Below are positions 24,101 to 37,323 of a DNA stretch of 64,000 nt, in pieces. The notes beneath the pieces were generated by a model, which had not been told where the DNA came from, did not search any database, and was given only the letters and a program-made list of their open reading frames with translations. Origin of the DNA: Lytechinus pictus (lineage: Eukaryota); the NCBI RefSeq assembly GCF_037042905.1, contig NC_087245.1:13268001-13332000 (forward strand), written 5' to 3'. Both the position numbers and the translations under genes were made by a program. Each line of letters opens with the position of its first letter. Positions within the stretch are counted from its first letter, which is position 1.

Positions 24101-26603
24101 GGGGATTCAAAACTTCTACACAGAATTTTGAAACTCACTAAATATGCTAATTTATGCATATTTTCAAAAATTCACATAAAATGCGTCTGAATGGTAGCAA
24201 TTTCCTCATGAAACATGACAATGATAATGCTTTGATGTCAGTGACAATGAATGAATGAAGGGCTCCATCTTCTGTCGAGCTTAATGGAATATTGTTTCTG
24301 TGTCTTTGGAATTTGTTAGTTCCATAATATGCATAGGTTGCGCAATTATTTTGATGTCACTCCTTCATCCTGAGAGATTGGTCGACCTTTGACTGAGTTT
24401 AACACTAAATTAATCAATGGCTTTCTATTTCAACTTGAGGGCAATTCCATAAAACGTTTGACCCCCTATATGTGGGACCTTCATGAAATTTTCTGTCTCT
24501 GATTTCTTGTTCTTTTAACAGTCTATAATGTTCTCAAAGGACCGTGACTTGGTCAGTTTATGAACTGAAGTAAGACTTGAGAAAAATGGGGGTCGGATGT
24601 ACAAAAAGGTTGATCATTTTATGGAATTGCCCTTGATTAAAATCTTCATTTATACTCTACAGTTTTGCTGAGATCACACCTGTGGGTCTACTGATTATTC
24701 TTTATTCTTCCTTGCACTTGGAATTCATTGTTCAGTTAAAACTTTCTTTCATTGGTCAATTCCCACTTTTAGTGTTTGCTTATTAGGCATATAGGGAAAA
24801 GTAAGTTGGTCTACCCTCAAGGCCTCTTAGAAATAAATATTGGTTGTGCATATATTATGAAACACCTGAATTGAGAATCTCAAGTTACGAATGAGAATCT
24901 TTAGACTTTTAGTATGTATGACTTGCTACCAACTATGAAACAGAATTGCCAAATCTTTCTACACAATATGAAATAATTATTTCGTTTGTAATTTTCTTCT
25001 CTTTTTTTCAGGTTCATATAATGCGAGATAAAGTTACATGGCCAGGTGCCAAGATGAGGAAGAAAGGAGAGGGTATGCCCAGTTATGATAATAATAATAT
25101 CAAAGGAACTCTTATCATCACATTTGATGTGGATTTTCCAAAAGGCGATATGACACAAGAACAAAAAGACAGTAAGCCAGATTTTATTATTCTTTTACAC
25201 TGTTTCTCCACTTGTCCTTTTTAGTCGCATTCATGATGAATTCTTTCATAACATAGTGATATATTTATCCTTTGCTTCAAAAAGCCATTCAGTATTTTAC
25301 CAAAAAAATGTGGCTGTTAAGATTACTTTTTCCAATGATATAAAGCATTCTCTTTGACTTTTGCACAGTGGGGTCAGTTCCCTTTTTTTTTTTTCCTTGA
25401 TAGAGTGTATCTTGGAAAGGGAAACTGTTTATATACAGTCCGATCTCTATTATCCGGCCTCCCCTTATCCGGATCTCTCTATTCGGACGCACACTTGCTG
25501 AGATTTTTTTTTTTTTCCAATTCAATGTAGTGGGCCTACATGGGGAAATGAGATTTCAATCTAAACTCAATCCTACGCAAACTCACTTTGATTACATATA
25601 TTTTCCAATATAGTCTACTTACAACCACATTATTTTTCATGAAAAAATCTCACCCAAATCACAGAAAGAACTTAGACAGGAAAATTTTCCAGTGAATCGG
25701 AGCGCAGCGCAAACATGTCATCACGTTCTCTTTTTATTTCCCGGGGCAAAAACAACTCATGCCTCGCTAGCTAGCGCTAGGCCTCAATAAGGACAGCGCC
25801 ATCTATCATGTTTGAGCCTACAGTCAGTATAACAATGGCTGACATTGCGAAGTTGCGATACCCGCCGCGATGATCCAATTGTAAAACTTAGTTTCATCGA
25901 GTCATTCTCCTCTTTCGAGGTATGCTCGATGTATACCTCAATCATTTTAGCAGGTAAATTATCCTAGAGTTTTGGCCATAGATTGATTTAATTTCCATAA
26001 AAATACCGCCTATAATTTGCACTGACACTGCAGTGAATACTGTCTGTACACCCACTACATTAGATTACGTGTAGCTACCGCCGTTGGGAGGCAGCTTCGT
26101 GCATTTAATATTGGGTCTCCCAGATCCGGATAAATCCCTTATCCGGATTGGTGCTGGTCCCAACGTGTCCGGATAAGAGAGGTCTGACTGTAATATAAGA
26201 TAAAGTCACATGGGAACATTATCATTCAAACCAAACAGCAGGGTTGACTTTGATATTATTATCATCCATTGTGCAGATGGGAACAAATGAGCATATTACA
26301 TTGTGGGGTATGCTGGAATTTTAATGAAATAAACAGACAATTAGAGATGATAATGTTCCATGATTTGTACTTAAAGTAAAATCTTATTCAGAATAGAATA
26401 AATGAACATATCGTGAATGGTTATGGAACAGTGTTCATGTTAAGTGTGTGCTGTGAAATCTTATTTTGTGTCATACTCTTAGCAATGCATGCATATTTAA
26501 AAAAAATCTATGCTTGTTTTTCGTTTCTCTTCATGCAGATCTACAATCTATACTCAAGCAAAAGTCAGCACAAACTGTTTATAATGGTCTTCAAGGTTTC
26601 TAG
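12149..26603 (+). CDS. DNAJB11: DnaJ homolog subfamily B member 11 (ERdj3), complete, 10 exons
   Basis: Exons 12149-12213, 13583-13739, 15437-15534, 16182-16317, 16984-17126, 18139-18221, 20878-20935, 23047-23158, 25012-25171 and 26539-26603. Features: signal peptide, [10 protein letters not shown]-domain with HPDKN, G/F region, [10 protein letters not shown]...CDDCPNV, C-terminus VYNGLQGF*. Confidence 0.96.
14272..15226 (+). mobile_element. Helentron-associated (HINE/pearl-like) element with internal tandem repeats
   Basis: Head TTTTTGTCTTGCCTGCATA...GAGACTATAGGCGCCG, several repeated units containing AGGTCAAAGGTCA, and a GCCAGAGGC hairpin followed by CTTGTTT at the 3' end. Confidence 0.72.
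16543..16803 (-). mobile_element. tRNA-derived SINE
   Basis: Minus strand reads GTGGTCCAGTGGTTAGAGCA (A box)...GGTTCGAATCCC (B box)...CCA, then an unrelated body and an (ACAGAA)2 tail. Confidence 0.75.
17185..17580. mobile_element. hAT-like MITE
   Basis: TIR CAGACCTGCCAAC / GTTGGCAGGTCTG, inserted in a CAA/GAT microsatellite. Confidence 0.7.
19364..20741. mobile_element. Tc1/mariner-type MITE (host of a nested insertion)
   Basis: TA-flanked CC(A/G)TGTGA...TCACACGG ends. Homologous to the uninterrupted copy at 34679-35297. Confidence 0.7.
19740..20473. mobile_element. TA-targeting MITE nested in the previous MITE
   Basis: CTGTAAA...TTTACAG termini with TTCGCG-rich subterminal repeats. The TA duplication is confirmed against the empty site near 35035. 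Confidence 0.78.
21640..22925 (+). mobile_element. Helentron-associated element carrying ~6 copies of a ~154-bp satellite unit
   Basis: Head TTTTTGTCTCGCCTGC; tail GCAGGCGAGAC plus hairpin plus TTGTTT. Unit starts at ~21727, 21870, 22031, 22185, 22339 and 22491. Confidence 0.78.
23472..24180 (+). mobile_element. Pearl/DINE-like (Helentron-associated) element, 3' truncated
   Basis: Head TTTTTAGCTCATC...GATGAGCT, a (CGTC)n microsatellite, and repeated internal units. Confidence 0.62.
24438..24633. mobile_element. Short MITE
   Basis: TIR AGGGCAATTCCATAAAA / TTTTATGGAATTGCCCT. Confidence 0.62.
25436..26190. mobile_element. pogo/Tigger-like (Tc1/mariner) MITE
   Basis: TIR CAGTCCGATCTCTATTATCCGG versus CAGTCAGACCTCTCTTATCCGG, with TA on both flanks. 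Confidence 0.8.
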
Positions 26604-29030
26604 GCACACCAAATATGAGGTTGTAGATATTATCAGGAAAGATACTTTTTTATCTGTAGTTGTTAGATATTAATGGTATATTTGAGGAATATATTGATGA
26701 GTCTGTCCTTTACCATTTTATGTCCAGTGAGAGTGAGTAAGAGAGAGAGAGGGAGGGGGGGGGGGGAGAAACAGAGTGAGAGAGAGAGAACATGTTGACA
26801 ACTGATAATTTATTCATGTATTACTCCAGCCAAGCATTGAAATTTATCAAGTTTGACTAGGATTTTTTATTTAAATTTAAATCCTCATGCTTCTATGTAA
26901 ACTTTACGCTTGCAATGAGATGTTGATTTTTTTCTCTAAAATCTGTGCTGCTTCTTTTAGCAGGAATACTGCACAGTGTCTTTTTCATCAGTTTTCATAC
27001 TTTCCCCATTTTGTCTATTCTGAAATGAGTGAAGAAGATGAAAGATGCTGGCAGAATTTCCAGTTAAAGACAGCTCCGACTTTCAACAAGATGCCTAAAT
27101 CGCATTTCCAGATCGTTGCTATTCTTGATAATGATGGTATAAATTAGTGGGTCTTTGTTTTTACAGGAAGGTGATTATATGATTATGCAGATCAAACATT
27201 TCAAGAAAAAAAAAAAGATAATTTGCTGGAAAAGGAAGTAGAGGGTTACATTATGAAAATATATGTGTTGCTTTTAACGGTAACTATTCACAATATGATA
27301 TGATGGCAATATTACAGTGAAAAGGGGTCAAAATTGTAATAGAGTAGGTTCTGCACCTGTCAACCCTCATGAGTAAAAAAAACCAATAAATATCTTCAAA
27401 GTCAAAGTATTGGTCATGAATAGTACCCCTTTTCATTTAAGAATAGCAGGTCCTGTGGAAAGGTTCTGTCACCCCTGTTTTGGAATACATGTAGTTAGTT
27501 GTAGAGTCTTTCCAAAGGGAAATTTAGCTGTTGCCTGGAATAGCATTGCAGTTGAAAATGCAGTACTCAGATTATATCTATCACACACATTGGTGTCCCA
27601 TTCAATTTGTAATCAAGTGACATTGATTTATTTATTTGTTGATATGTGTGTTTCTAACCTTATGTTCCATGTTACCCTTTTCTAAAAGTGCATATTCATA
27701 TATCATCCTCATACTGGTTTACTTCACTTGTTTGTTCTCCTATGCATTGTAGGAACCCTTTTTTCATAGTTTTAGTGTAGTAATTGCTAGTAGCACAATT
27801 TTTTTAAGGTTTGATTTTGATTCTTTGGATTGAAACATTCCAGTAATTTTAGGAGTGGAATATATTTTGGGATTTAAAATATCTCTCGTGCACTTTCAAT
27901 ACAAAATGTCTGCAAAATAAAAGTGGAGAGATGTCCTCACTTTTCACTATGATAAATTTAAAAGTGCACACACATTGTACTTTATTTTTCCAGTGATGAT
28001 ATACATATTTATCAATAGTCAATACCCATTGAAGAATGCCGCATTGTAATTTTGCAAAGGGGCACATTGTGTGTTTAACACTGTGCACCAATATTATATT
28101 GGCTACTAAGAGCCAGAATCTACTTCCATGTAGTTGGTCCTTACATATTTCAATTACCATGTACTGTATTGTACAATTGGTAGATTTTAGGTATATAAAT
28201 GTTTTCAATATTTTTTTTTAAGTGGCTAAGACCAAAATAGTTTTTTGCCACAAACGATTTGATCACAATTTACTCTAGATACTAAATATATGATTTTTAC
28301 AATTGTTGTGAATTCTCAGTGTATAATAACTGTTCTTTACTATTTGAATGTAAAGATTTTGTATCAAGAAATTACCACTGATTTAAAATGGTATATTACA
28401 TTCACACCTTGTTACTTATCACTAGTACCTATTGTAAGGTATTCACTTCACTATCTGTCAACTTGGTCAAACCTGATCGATCTATTTGGGGGTCTTTCAA
28501 GTGGTATATTAGTTCAGTTTGGCAAGATCATCAGTGTCAAATAATCATGATCAGTATTGGTCTGCCTTAATCGTCATTACCCTTCTACTTAAACAAATAT
28601 TATGGACATGTCCAAAAATATGTATAGGGAGCCAGAGCATTGTGGATCAATGTTGATTGACCCTAATTACCTTTGCCAAGCTAGATCGAGCAAGCCCAAA
28701 ATTTGGTTGATCTGGACTGCCCGTAATCGAGTTAGATTGAGCTGGTAGATCGGCAGTGGGACCATAACCTAAAAGGAAAGTCCTCCCTAATTTTAAATAA
28801 GGTTTTAGAAAAAAAAGCAGATATGGTGAGTACAAGTGAGCAATATTTTGAGCAGGAACTCTGATTGAATTTGTTGAAATTAATTCAGGCTATGTTTATT
28901 CAAAGTGTGATAAAGCAAGCCCAAATTGTTCTGTTCTGTGATATATTGAGTGGGCTTCTTTTCCATTTTCATAAAATCTAGTTTTTCTTCCTGGTTGATG
29001 AAGGAATACGTACTTCCATTCAAGAATTAA

Positions 29031-29534
29031 AGGGATGGTCCGGGCTGAAAATATTTATATCTTAATACATAGAGTAGAATTCACTGAGCAAGATGCCGAA
29101 AATTTCATCAAAATCGGATAACAAATAATAAAGTTATTGAAGTTTAAAGTTAAGCAATATTTTGTGAAAACAGTCATGAATATTCATTAGGTGGGCTGAT
29201 GATGTCACATCCCAACTTTCCATTTTCTTATGTTATTACATATAATCATAATTTTTTCATTATTTCATACTTGTGTTAATAATATGTCTCCCTTATAATG
29301 AAATAAGTTGCAGCTATAAATATCTAATGCACTAAATCAGTTGTCAATCCAATTTTTCTAGTTCAGCCCACCTAATGAATATTCATGACGGCTGTTTTCA
29401 CAAAATATTGCTAAACTTTAAAATTCAATAACTTTGTTATTTGTTATCCGATTTTGATGAAATTTTCGGCATTTTTCTCAGTGAATTCTACTCTATTTAT
29501 TAAGCTATAAATACTTTCAGTCCGGACCATCCCT
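29031..29534. mobile_element. Kolobok-like MITE with ~170-bp TIRs
   Basis: TTAA|AGGGATGGTCCGG...CCGGACCATCCCT|TTAA with long near-perfect inverted arms. Purine-purine termini plus a TTAA TSD fit Kolobok. Confidence 0.8.
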
Positions 29535-29660
29535 TTAAACAAACAAATGTTTTTGTAATAAGTTATATATTTAGGATGCTTGTCTCTTACGAGAACAAAA
29601 AAGAAATATCCACAAAATCATAGTATATGGTAAATTGAAGATGGGCTCCTATGATACATG

Positions 29661-29933
29661 AGGACCCAATCTTACAAAGAGTTACAATTGATCTGATCAA
29701 CCTCAACTATGTAAAGCCAGCAACGTCAAAATCTAAAATGTAGGTTTATTAAAAAAAAAATTCTAGATATGTATATTCATACATCCATCATTTTCTTGAC
29801 AATTTGGTGTGTTCGCCTTTGTTTACATAGGACATTTTGCAAATTTCCTGAGGAAAAAATAATGACACCGATGAATTTGCATAGAGTTACGATTGATTGG
29901 ATCAATTGTAACTCTTTGTAAGACGGGGGCCCA
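29661..29933. mobile_element. MITE (Harbinger-like)
   Basis: TCTTACAAAGAGTTACAATTGATC / GATCAATTGTAACTCTTTGTAAGA inverted arms. Confidence 0.62.
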
Positions 29934-31050
29934 GAGTGATATCAATGTATAATTGTATTAGATTTATGAATTTACTTTCACTCAGAATTCACAGAAACTC
30001 CACCAATGTAATTCTTTTTCTTTTTTTTAATACTAAAATCATTTAAAATCAGGGAAAATTGCTCTGAAGATTTTGTGAAATTGTATGTATTTATTTTAAG
30101 TAAGCAATGTCATACCAACTCCTTTATTGGTTGTATCGGTATCATTATCTGGATTGGTGTGCACAGCATTTTAAGTCCCACGTGTTAGGGTCATGTTCCT
30201 TCAACTTTGTTTATCAATGACATATGGTAAAGCTGATATTGTGAAATGTGATTGGCTGGGTGCCAATTTGTCAGAAGCGTAGCAGTTATTGAAAAACAAA
30301 CCTTTAAGAAACAGAACCCAGACATCTGTTAAATGTCTGGATCATGATATATTTACAATACACCATTAGAAATTGCTCATTGTTTATCACTAAGTGCCTT
30401 GCAATATGAGAAATGAATGTTGAATCATCCACATTCACAAAAATAGTTTGTCACAATAATTATTCTACATGTGTATACGTTTGTAATTACATAATGTATG
30501 CACTCTGATTTACAAATATTTATGTATTTTGTGGAAGTATTGTTATGTATTGACTATTTTTTCACCTTCTGTTGTGCTTTTGTGTTTGTGCAGTACATGT
30601 TTGATGTATGGCTGGGAATAGGAGAGGTATTCAGAATATCCATGAATTTTATGAGTAAAAAAAACAAAATTATGTTAATGAAGAGATGATGCATTGCATC
30701 ATTCTTGCTCAGATTTCTGCAAAGTAATATAGAGCTTTAAGGAAACAACGCAAATTACTTCAAAAGATGAAATAAAAGTGTGGAGTTAAAGGGATACATG
30801 CAAGTACTTGGGTGTTGAAAGGGAAAATGCACGTTTTAGAATTTGTTGAATTATTGAATGCATATGTTACGTGGAATGTAACATGTTATCGGTGATGATG
30901 TCACTATCATATTATATTAATTAGTTGGATGGATGGAATATTTGTGTCTCATCTACCGTATTCTCTTTTTATATCTGAAACTACTGTGTGTTAACACATT
31001 TATTACCAAACTGCAGATATTTGGGCAGTTTAATGTTGAGGTGTTCTTAT

Positions 31051-31084
31051 ATCCAATCATAGAGCTATAGCTCTATGATCCAAT
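31051..31084. other. 20-bp palindrome flanked by a 7-bp direct repeat (probable P-superfamily transposon footprint)
   Basis: ATCCAAT-CATAGAGCTATAGCTCTATG-ATCCAAT. Confidence 0.55.
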
Positions 31085-32101
31085 CACCGGCATGGGGATA
31101 TACTATACAATACCAACAAAAACACAAAATTGTTTTAATGCAATGGCAGAGGTTACAGGATTCTATGAAATGGGTATTAGATTGACCTTGTGGTTATATG
31201 AAAGAGAACTTTTTGAAAACTTTGGAGAAGTGACCATGCCTCTTCACATGGTAACTAAACTATCTAGCATTGTTGGTTAATAGGAACTAATGTAATTTAA
31301 ATTATTTGTCCAAATAAGATTTCAAATCAAATATAAGGTTCTACTCTTAAATGAGTGTGAGAATTGTATTATTAATTTTCATAATTTGTATGATGATATC
31401 AGCCTCTTCTCTATGCATTGTCTCATTACATAACTGGTAATCAAAGGAGCACATTGCATGCATTAAACTGTATTAAGAGTTGCCCAGACAAAAGCTTATA
31501 CATTATTGTCAATTCGCCTCATTAGACTGATTTGAAAGTACAGTTCTGTTGCACTTATGGAATCAACACTCGTGTCCACCGAAAGTGTTAGTTGTTTCTT
31601 TATGTGGTGTCAAAATTACAAATGAATTTACTATTGTTAAGTTTATGAACACAATAAAAAAAAAAAAAAAATATTACAGTACACTCTGATTTACTTTGTC
31701 TTCTTGTTACCCCCTTTTTCCTTTTTTGTTTGTCTGTTAAATGCAATTTAATGTCAGGTAGTGGATGGGGGCACCCATTTTTCCAAAGTTAAATGACCAT
31801 GGTCTTTTTAATACTCTTAGCTGAAATTATGAGAAGATGGAAATGTCAAATTTTGCCTAAACTGTACTATTTTGACTATATTTTATTGTCATATTTTCAA
31901 GGTGAAGAAAAATATTCCATCTTTTTTTTCTCAGTTATAAATGATTTGGGCACCAAATGAACTTACTTATAATTGAACCTCTACTATTAGACATTTGTAT
32001 CACGCTATCTGAATATAAACCACAACTTCAGACCTGATTCTAAATTAAACCGATGTTCAGAATATGGGTCAGGGTGTTTGGCATATATGTGTACCTTCAA
32101 C

Positions 32102-32330
32102 NNNNNNNNNNNNNNNNNNNNNNNNNNNNNNNNNNNNNNNNNNNNNNNNNNNNNNNNNNNNNNNNNNNNNNNNNNNNNNNNNNNNNNNNNNNNNNNNNNN
32201 NNNNNNNNNNNNNNNNNNNNNNNNNNNNNNNNNNNNNNNNNNNNNNNNNNNNNNNNNNNNNNNNNCATCATAATCATCACTATCATCATCAGCACCATCA
32301 TCATCACCGTCATCATCATCATCACCAAAT
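32102..32330. repeat. Assembly gap (32102-32265) followed by a (CAT)n microsatellite
   Basis: Seen directly. Confidence 0.95.
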
Positions 32331-32635
32331 CATCGTAGAAAAAGGAACCTATAATAATAACAATCATTGTATTCATGAAGCAATATTTAAGAAAGCAACT
32401 GATACTCAAGAAATAAGGATAGGAAGGTAAGTGTTTTCAGAAGAGATTTTTAGAGTGGACTGACCTACGTAACGGAATATTATTGTGAGGGGGGGGGGGC
32501 TATACTGCCATTATCACCTGTTTCTAATCTTCCAGTCACGAGCACACACACAACACACACACCATGCACACACAACACACGCGCGCTAAGTACTGCTTAT
32601 CAAGCCGATTGCGAACGTTTTCTCTACATCGCGGT

Positions 32636-33700
32636 CATAGGCGGATCCAGGGGGAAATGACGAAGAGACTGCGCCCCCACCCCCTTCCCCATTGGATGCG
32701 GAAAAAGAGAGAAGGAAAAGAAAAGGGGGAGGGGAAGGACGGGAGAAAGAAGAAAAAGACAAGAGGTCACGAAGACAAAGGGGGAATATTATGTAAAATC
32801 AACTTTCAGGTTATTATAAAACATAGCCTAAATTTCGCTTGCGCTTCGAACTTGCATTGAATGTTGAGTGACATATTACTCTGCTCGGCATATTTTATTA
32901 TTCAGTGTGATACGCATCCTGTTCATGATTATCAAAAATGTGGTGAATACAAAAAAAAAAAAAGATTCAGCTTGAACAACGCGCTCGCATTATTAAGTCT
33001 TCTGAGATCATGGAGATACGAATTCCCACTAACAGTCCATGAATATAAACTGCACCCCCCCCCCATTTAGGTCAGTATATCAAACATTTTCAGCTTGCGC
33101 CTTTTCATTTAAATTAATTGTTTAGTTGGATACACATCCTGTTCACGATAAAAGTGCTTAGATAGAATGTCTCGTTCTTAGGTCCAATTAAGTCACCAAA
33201 ATATTTAGCTTGCGCATTATTTATTTAGTTAGATCCATTTCCCCTCCACAATTTTCACTCATGTCAAACATTGCTAAAACTGTACCGTTTCGGGTCAGTA
33301 TATCGAAATTTTCAGCTAGCGCTTCGCGCTCCTGTTATTGAGATACACAGCTTGTTCTTTATTTTAAAATCATGCTTGAAATTTTCAGCTTTCAAATCAG
33401 AATATCAAATTGTTTTAGCTCGCTGTCCGCATCATTTATCTATGAAGATATAGGCCTACCCATCTGTTTCCTGATTACATAAAAGTGTATAGATTATCCC
33501 GTTTTCATGTCTATATTTTAAAAGGGATCAGCTCGCGCTCTGCTCTCGCAATAATTGTAATCGAGATACATTAAAAATGTACTTGATTGTACAATATTTA
33601 AGGTTGGAATATAAAAAGAATTCAGCTCGCGCTTGCCTCATTGTGCTTAGATGAACCCTAAATAGGTTTGAATGAGAAAAAAAATCCCCTTATTTACCTT
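32636..33700. mobile_element. Degenerate non-autonomous element with repeated CAGCTCGCGCT motifs
   Basis: Head CATAGGCGGATCCAGGGGG and recurring AGCT(C/T)GCGC units. The right end is unresolved. Confidence 0.45.
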
Positions 33701-34678
33701 GCCATCCGCTCGTTTTTCGAGAAGAATCAAGAGTGTGAATAACTACTTATAAACATGCACTCTCATTCTGGTTTGTTGTACGACAGGCCCAAATACCATG
33801 GATACTTTTTACCATTCTTGATGACAGACTTTGATATGATATATTGCCCCTCAAAATCGGGACTGGCAGCAGTTTATACAGCGTTAACAGAATACCTTCT
33901 TAAAAATATCACAATTGGAAAGCACCTGGACTTCTCAGCAACCCAACCTTTTCTCAGCTTGATCATAATGGAAATCAAATAATATTTGGGCGAAAAATTA
34001 ACGTCTAGTAATTGACTGAAGAAAGATTTTGATCATGATTTTTACATCTCATGGCTTCCATTCCTTAGCTTTTCTGATTTCATCTCTTTTTACAGGTAAA
34101 TGAATTCATGTCTTTTCCTAAGGTAATTGAAATCTTGTTTTTTTTTTTTTACGATGCATCAGCAAGTTTATGTGTATCATGCTATCATTACCTGTTGATA
34201 TTATGCTATCATTTATACAATTTACCATTCATTTATCCATCATCCGATTTTTCCTTGATAATGTTGAGATGATAAACCAATTAATCAATTCAGTTATGCA
34301 TTTAAATTTTCATTAATATTTGCAATAGTTGTTTCATTGATTGATAAAACAATTTGAATTGCTTTTTGTGCACGAGTGCGATTGTATAGACTCTTAATTG
34401 ATTTCAAGGATTAAAAATGAATCCAGATCGGGTGTGATATGGACCACTCGCTTTTTGGATTTGTTCTCAATCATTAGGATTAACTTCTAACATCTCATAA
34501 GCTTTATAGTAGGATTTAAAAGTTAATTCATTTGATTAGAAATAAATCAAATGTTCAGGTAGCCACTGTTGACAGCCGATGTGGATTTTTTTTATCCTTG
34601 AAATTTAGAGTGTGCCTGGAACTCAAATTAAAAACAGTTTTGGTGTCTGGATGGTGATGATGAGATGGTTAACAACTA

Positions 34679-35297
34679 CCGTGTGAGTAAAAAAAAAACT
34701 TGACACCTCATAAGGAATAAAAATATGTCATCAACACGTAATTTTTATATATGGCTTGAAAAAGAATTCTCTCCCAAATAATTTGATACCATATTTATGT
34801 GGTACGTGTTAACCCTTTATTAAGAGGTATTTTTTTAAGTGATGTAAATTTTGATTTGCAAAGTAAGGCATGACTGCAATGAATGAATTCAGATATCAAT
34901 GGTGTCATAATCCTACAAGAGTTGCAGTAAAATCCATTTCAAAATATTTTCCCATTAATTTACATTATAATTATTTTAATAGTATCATTTTTTAGTATCA
35001 ATTCTTCATTGAAAAGGGATTTGCAAAAGTGCATACTAACTCATGTAGGATTATGACATCATTGACATCTGGATTCATTCATTGAAGTCATGCCTTAGTT
35101 TGGCCCAAAAATGTACATCACTGCAACGAATACCTCCTGATCCCCCAAGTGTTAACACATACCCTATAAATATGGTATCAAATTATTTGGGAGAAGATAA
35201 TCTCTCCTGCCATTTATAATGATTATGCATTCATGAAATAATTTTTCTTAAATTTGGGGATTTATGAGGTGTCAATTTTTTCTTTTACTCACACGGG
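34679..35297. mobile_element. Tc1/mariner-type MITE, uninterrupted copy
   Basis: TA|CCGTGTGAGTAAAA...TTTTACTCACACGG(G)|TA with long imperfect inverted arms. Confidence 0.72.
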
Positions 35298-36609
35298 TAC
35301 AGGCCTATAGTTCTACGGTTGTTGTTTCGTGTCGATTCGGAAATAGGAACCATAATTCTTTATTTATAAGCGGCAATTTTCAACATCTTTAGTGATCCGA
35401 TTTTAATCGAAAGTCTAATTATAGTCCATTTATTCAATTTCTAGGATGCTCTTTCATCAAAAGTGCCTTTACTGGGACTCCATGTACACCAATAGTACTA
35501 TGCCAAGATAACCCAATTGTGACTATCACTGGCTCCAACTCTAACCCTGATGGTCCAGCAACGCACTGCATCTGGAATATCACCAGTCCAGATAATACCA
35601 AGATTATTGTCCGTTTCAATCATCTAAATCTTGAAAATGGCGACAAGCTTCAGGTTTCATCTGATGCGAGAACATTCTTCCAGGTTGCCGATATTCGCAT
35701 ACAACTCCATCCGCTATAATTCTAACGTCAATAATGCAATTATCATTTTCCATTCTGCAGTAGCAGTTAGTGATTCTACGGCGACCTTAGAATTATCATA
35801 TGGAGGTAAAATATTTTCAGGAATTCGTTCGATATCCTGCAAATTTTCCTATATTTTCAGAAATTCCGAGAAAAAAGATCTACGGCAAATACGAATGAGG
35901 ATCTATTTCTAGGCTTATATACTATAGACCGACAATTTTGTCTTATGCCTCTCGTCAACAGTCTGACTTCTTTTGATTGAAAATAACAAACAACTTGAAG
36001 CTATGGGCATATAGAGTTTAATGATAAGAGAAAGTAAAATCAGAATCTTATCTTATTTTCGCCCCCCCCTGAAAGTGGCACCCAGGACATCACTAAAGAG
36101 GCAGAGGGGCGATCGCCACCTATATGGTTTTCCAATTAGTGAACAAATAGGAGAAAGAGTGTAAGAAATATAGGTATGAGTGTTATGTTACAACCGTTAT
36201 TCAATCGGGTAAAAAAAAACTACACCACCTTAAGGCTCTCCATCCCCCTACATCAAAATAGCCTTGTGTCTCTCTAAACTATTCATTTCATACTTTACTT
36301 TTTTTGTTGGCTCTTACATACTTTGATAGTGTAGAATTTTATGCTCTAAAGACATAATCATTATGTCATTGTATCAATGATATCGCTGGATGAAGTTTTG
36401 GATTGCTGTTCGGTGATCTAGCTTTATGTCGATGCAAATATCACAAGTTCAAATAGCATCGAGAAGCAGAGACAGTATATTTTTTGTGAGGGGCACCCTT
36501 TGGATTTTTCAAGAAGAGAAAGAGAGGAGAAAAAGAGGAAGAGATGAGAAGAAAGAAGTAAAAGAGAGATTAGTTGTGTAATTCTTATAAACTGACTTAT
36601 ATACTGACA

Positions 36610-37200
36610 AGTCGACCCAACAAAAAGTTTGAATAAAAGAGAAAAATCAAACAATTTTAACATTGAAAATTTCATCAAATCGGTTGAAAAATGAAAAAAA
36701 GTTATGACATTTAAAAGATTCGCTTTATTTTACAAAACAGTTATATTCACATCCTGGTCAGTATGCAAACGAGGAGACTGATGACATCATCCACTCACTA
36801 TTTCTTTTGTATTGCATTACACATGTTACATGAAATATGAAATATAATTTTCTCCTCATTGTCATATGAAACAAAGTTTGATTTCTTCCTGAACACGTAG
36901 AATTAGCACTGTTTTAGCATTTTGAGGTTCAAACAAGAGGGTTCTTATTGTAAAATCTGTAAAAAGTGAAATATTGTTTAATTAAAACAATGAAAAACAA
37001 AAGAAATAGTGAGGGACATCATCGAATTTCTCATTTGCATATCACAGATTTGTGCAATGAACTGTTTTTTTTAATGGGCGAAATATTAGAATGTCATAAC
37101 TTCATTATTTTACATCCGGTATTGATTAAATTTTCAGCGTTATGCTTCTTTGATTTTTCTTTGATTCAAATCAACATTCTTCCTGGGTGGAATCTTGATT
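36610..37200. mobile_element. Kolobok-like non-autonomous element (same family as 5700-6277)
   Basis: Long stretch of similarity to 5700-6277 (CACATCCTGGTCAGTATGCAAA.GAGGAGACTGATGACATCATCCACTCACTATTTC). Confidence 0.68.
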
Positions 37201-37323
37201 TTTCAAAATGCCATTCACTGGCACTATTAAATGGAAATTCACGACATGTTGATTTTTTTTCTTCAGATGGAGGACCGCAAGACGATGTTTTGCTCTTGTC
37301 AGGTGGATACATTGACCTGGATG

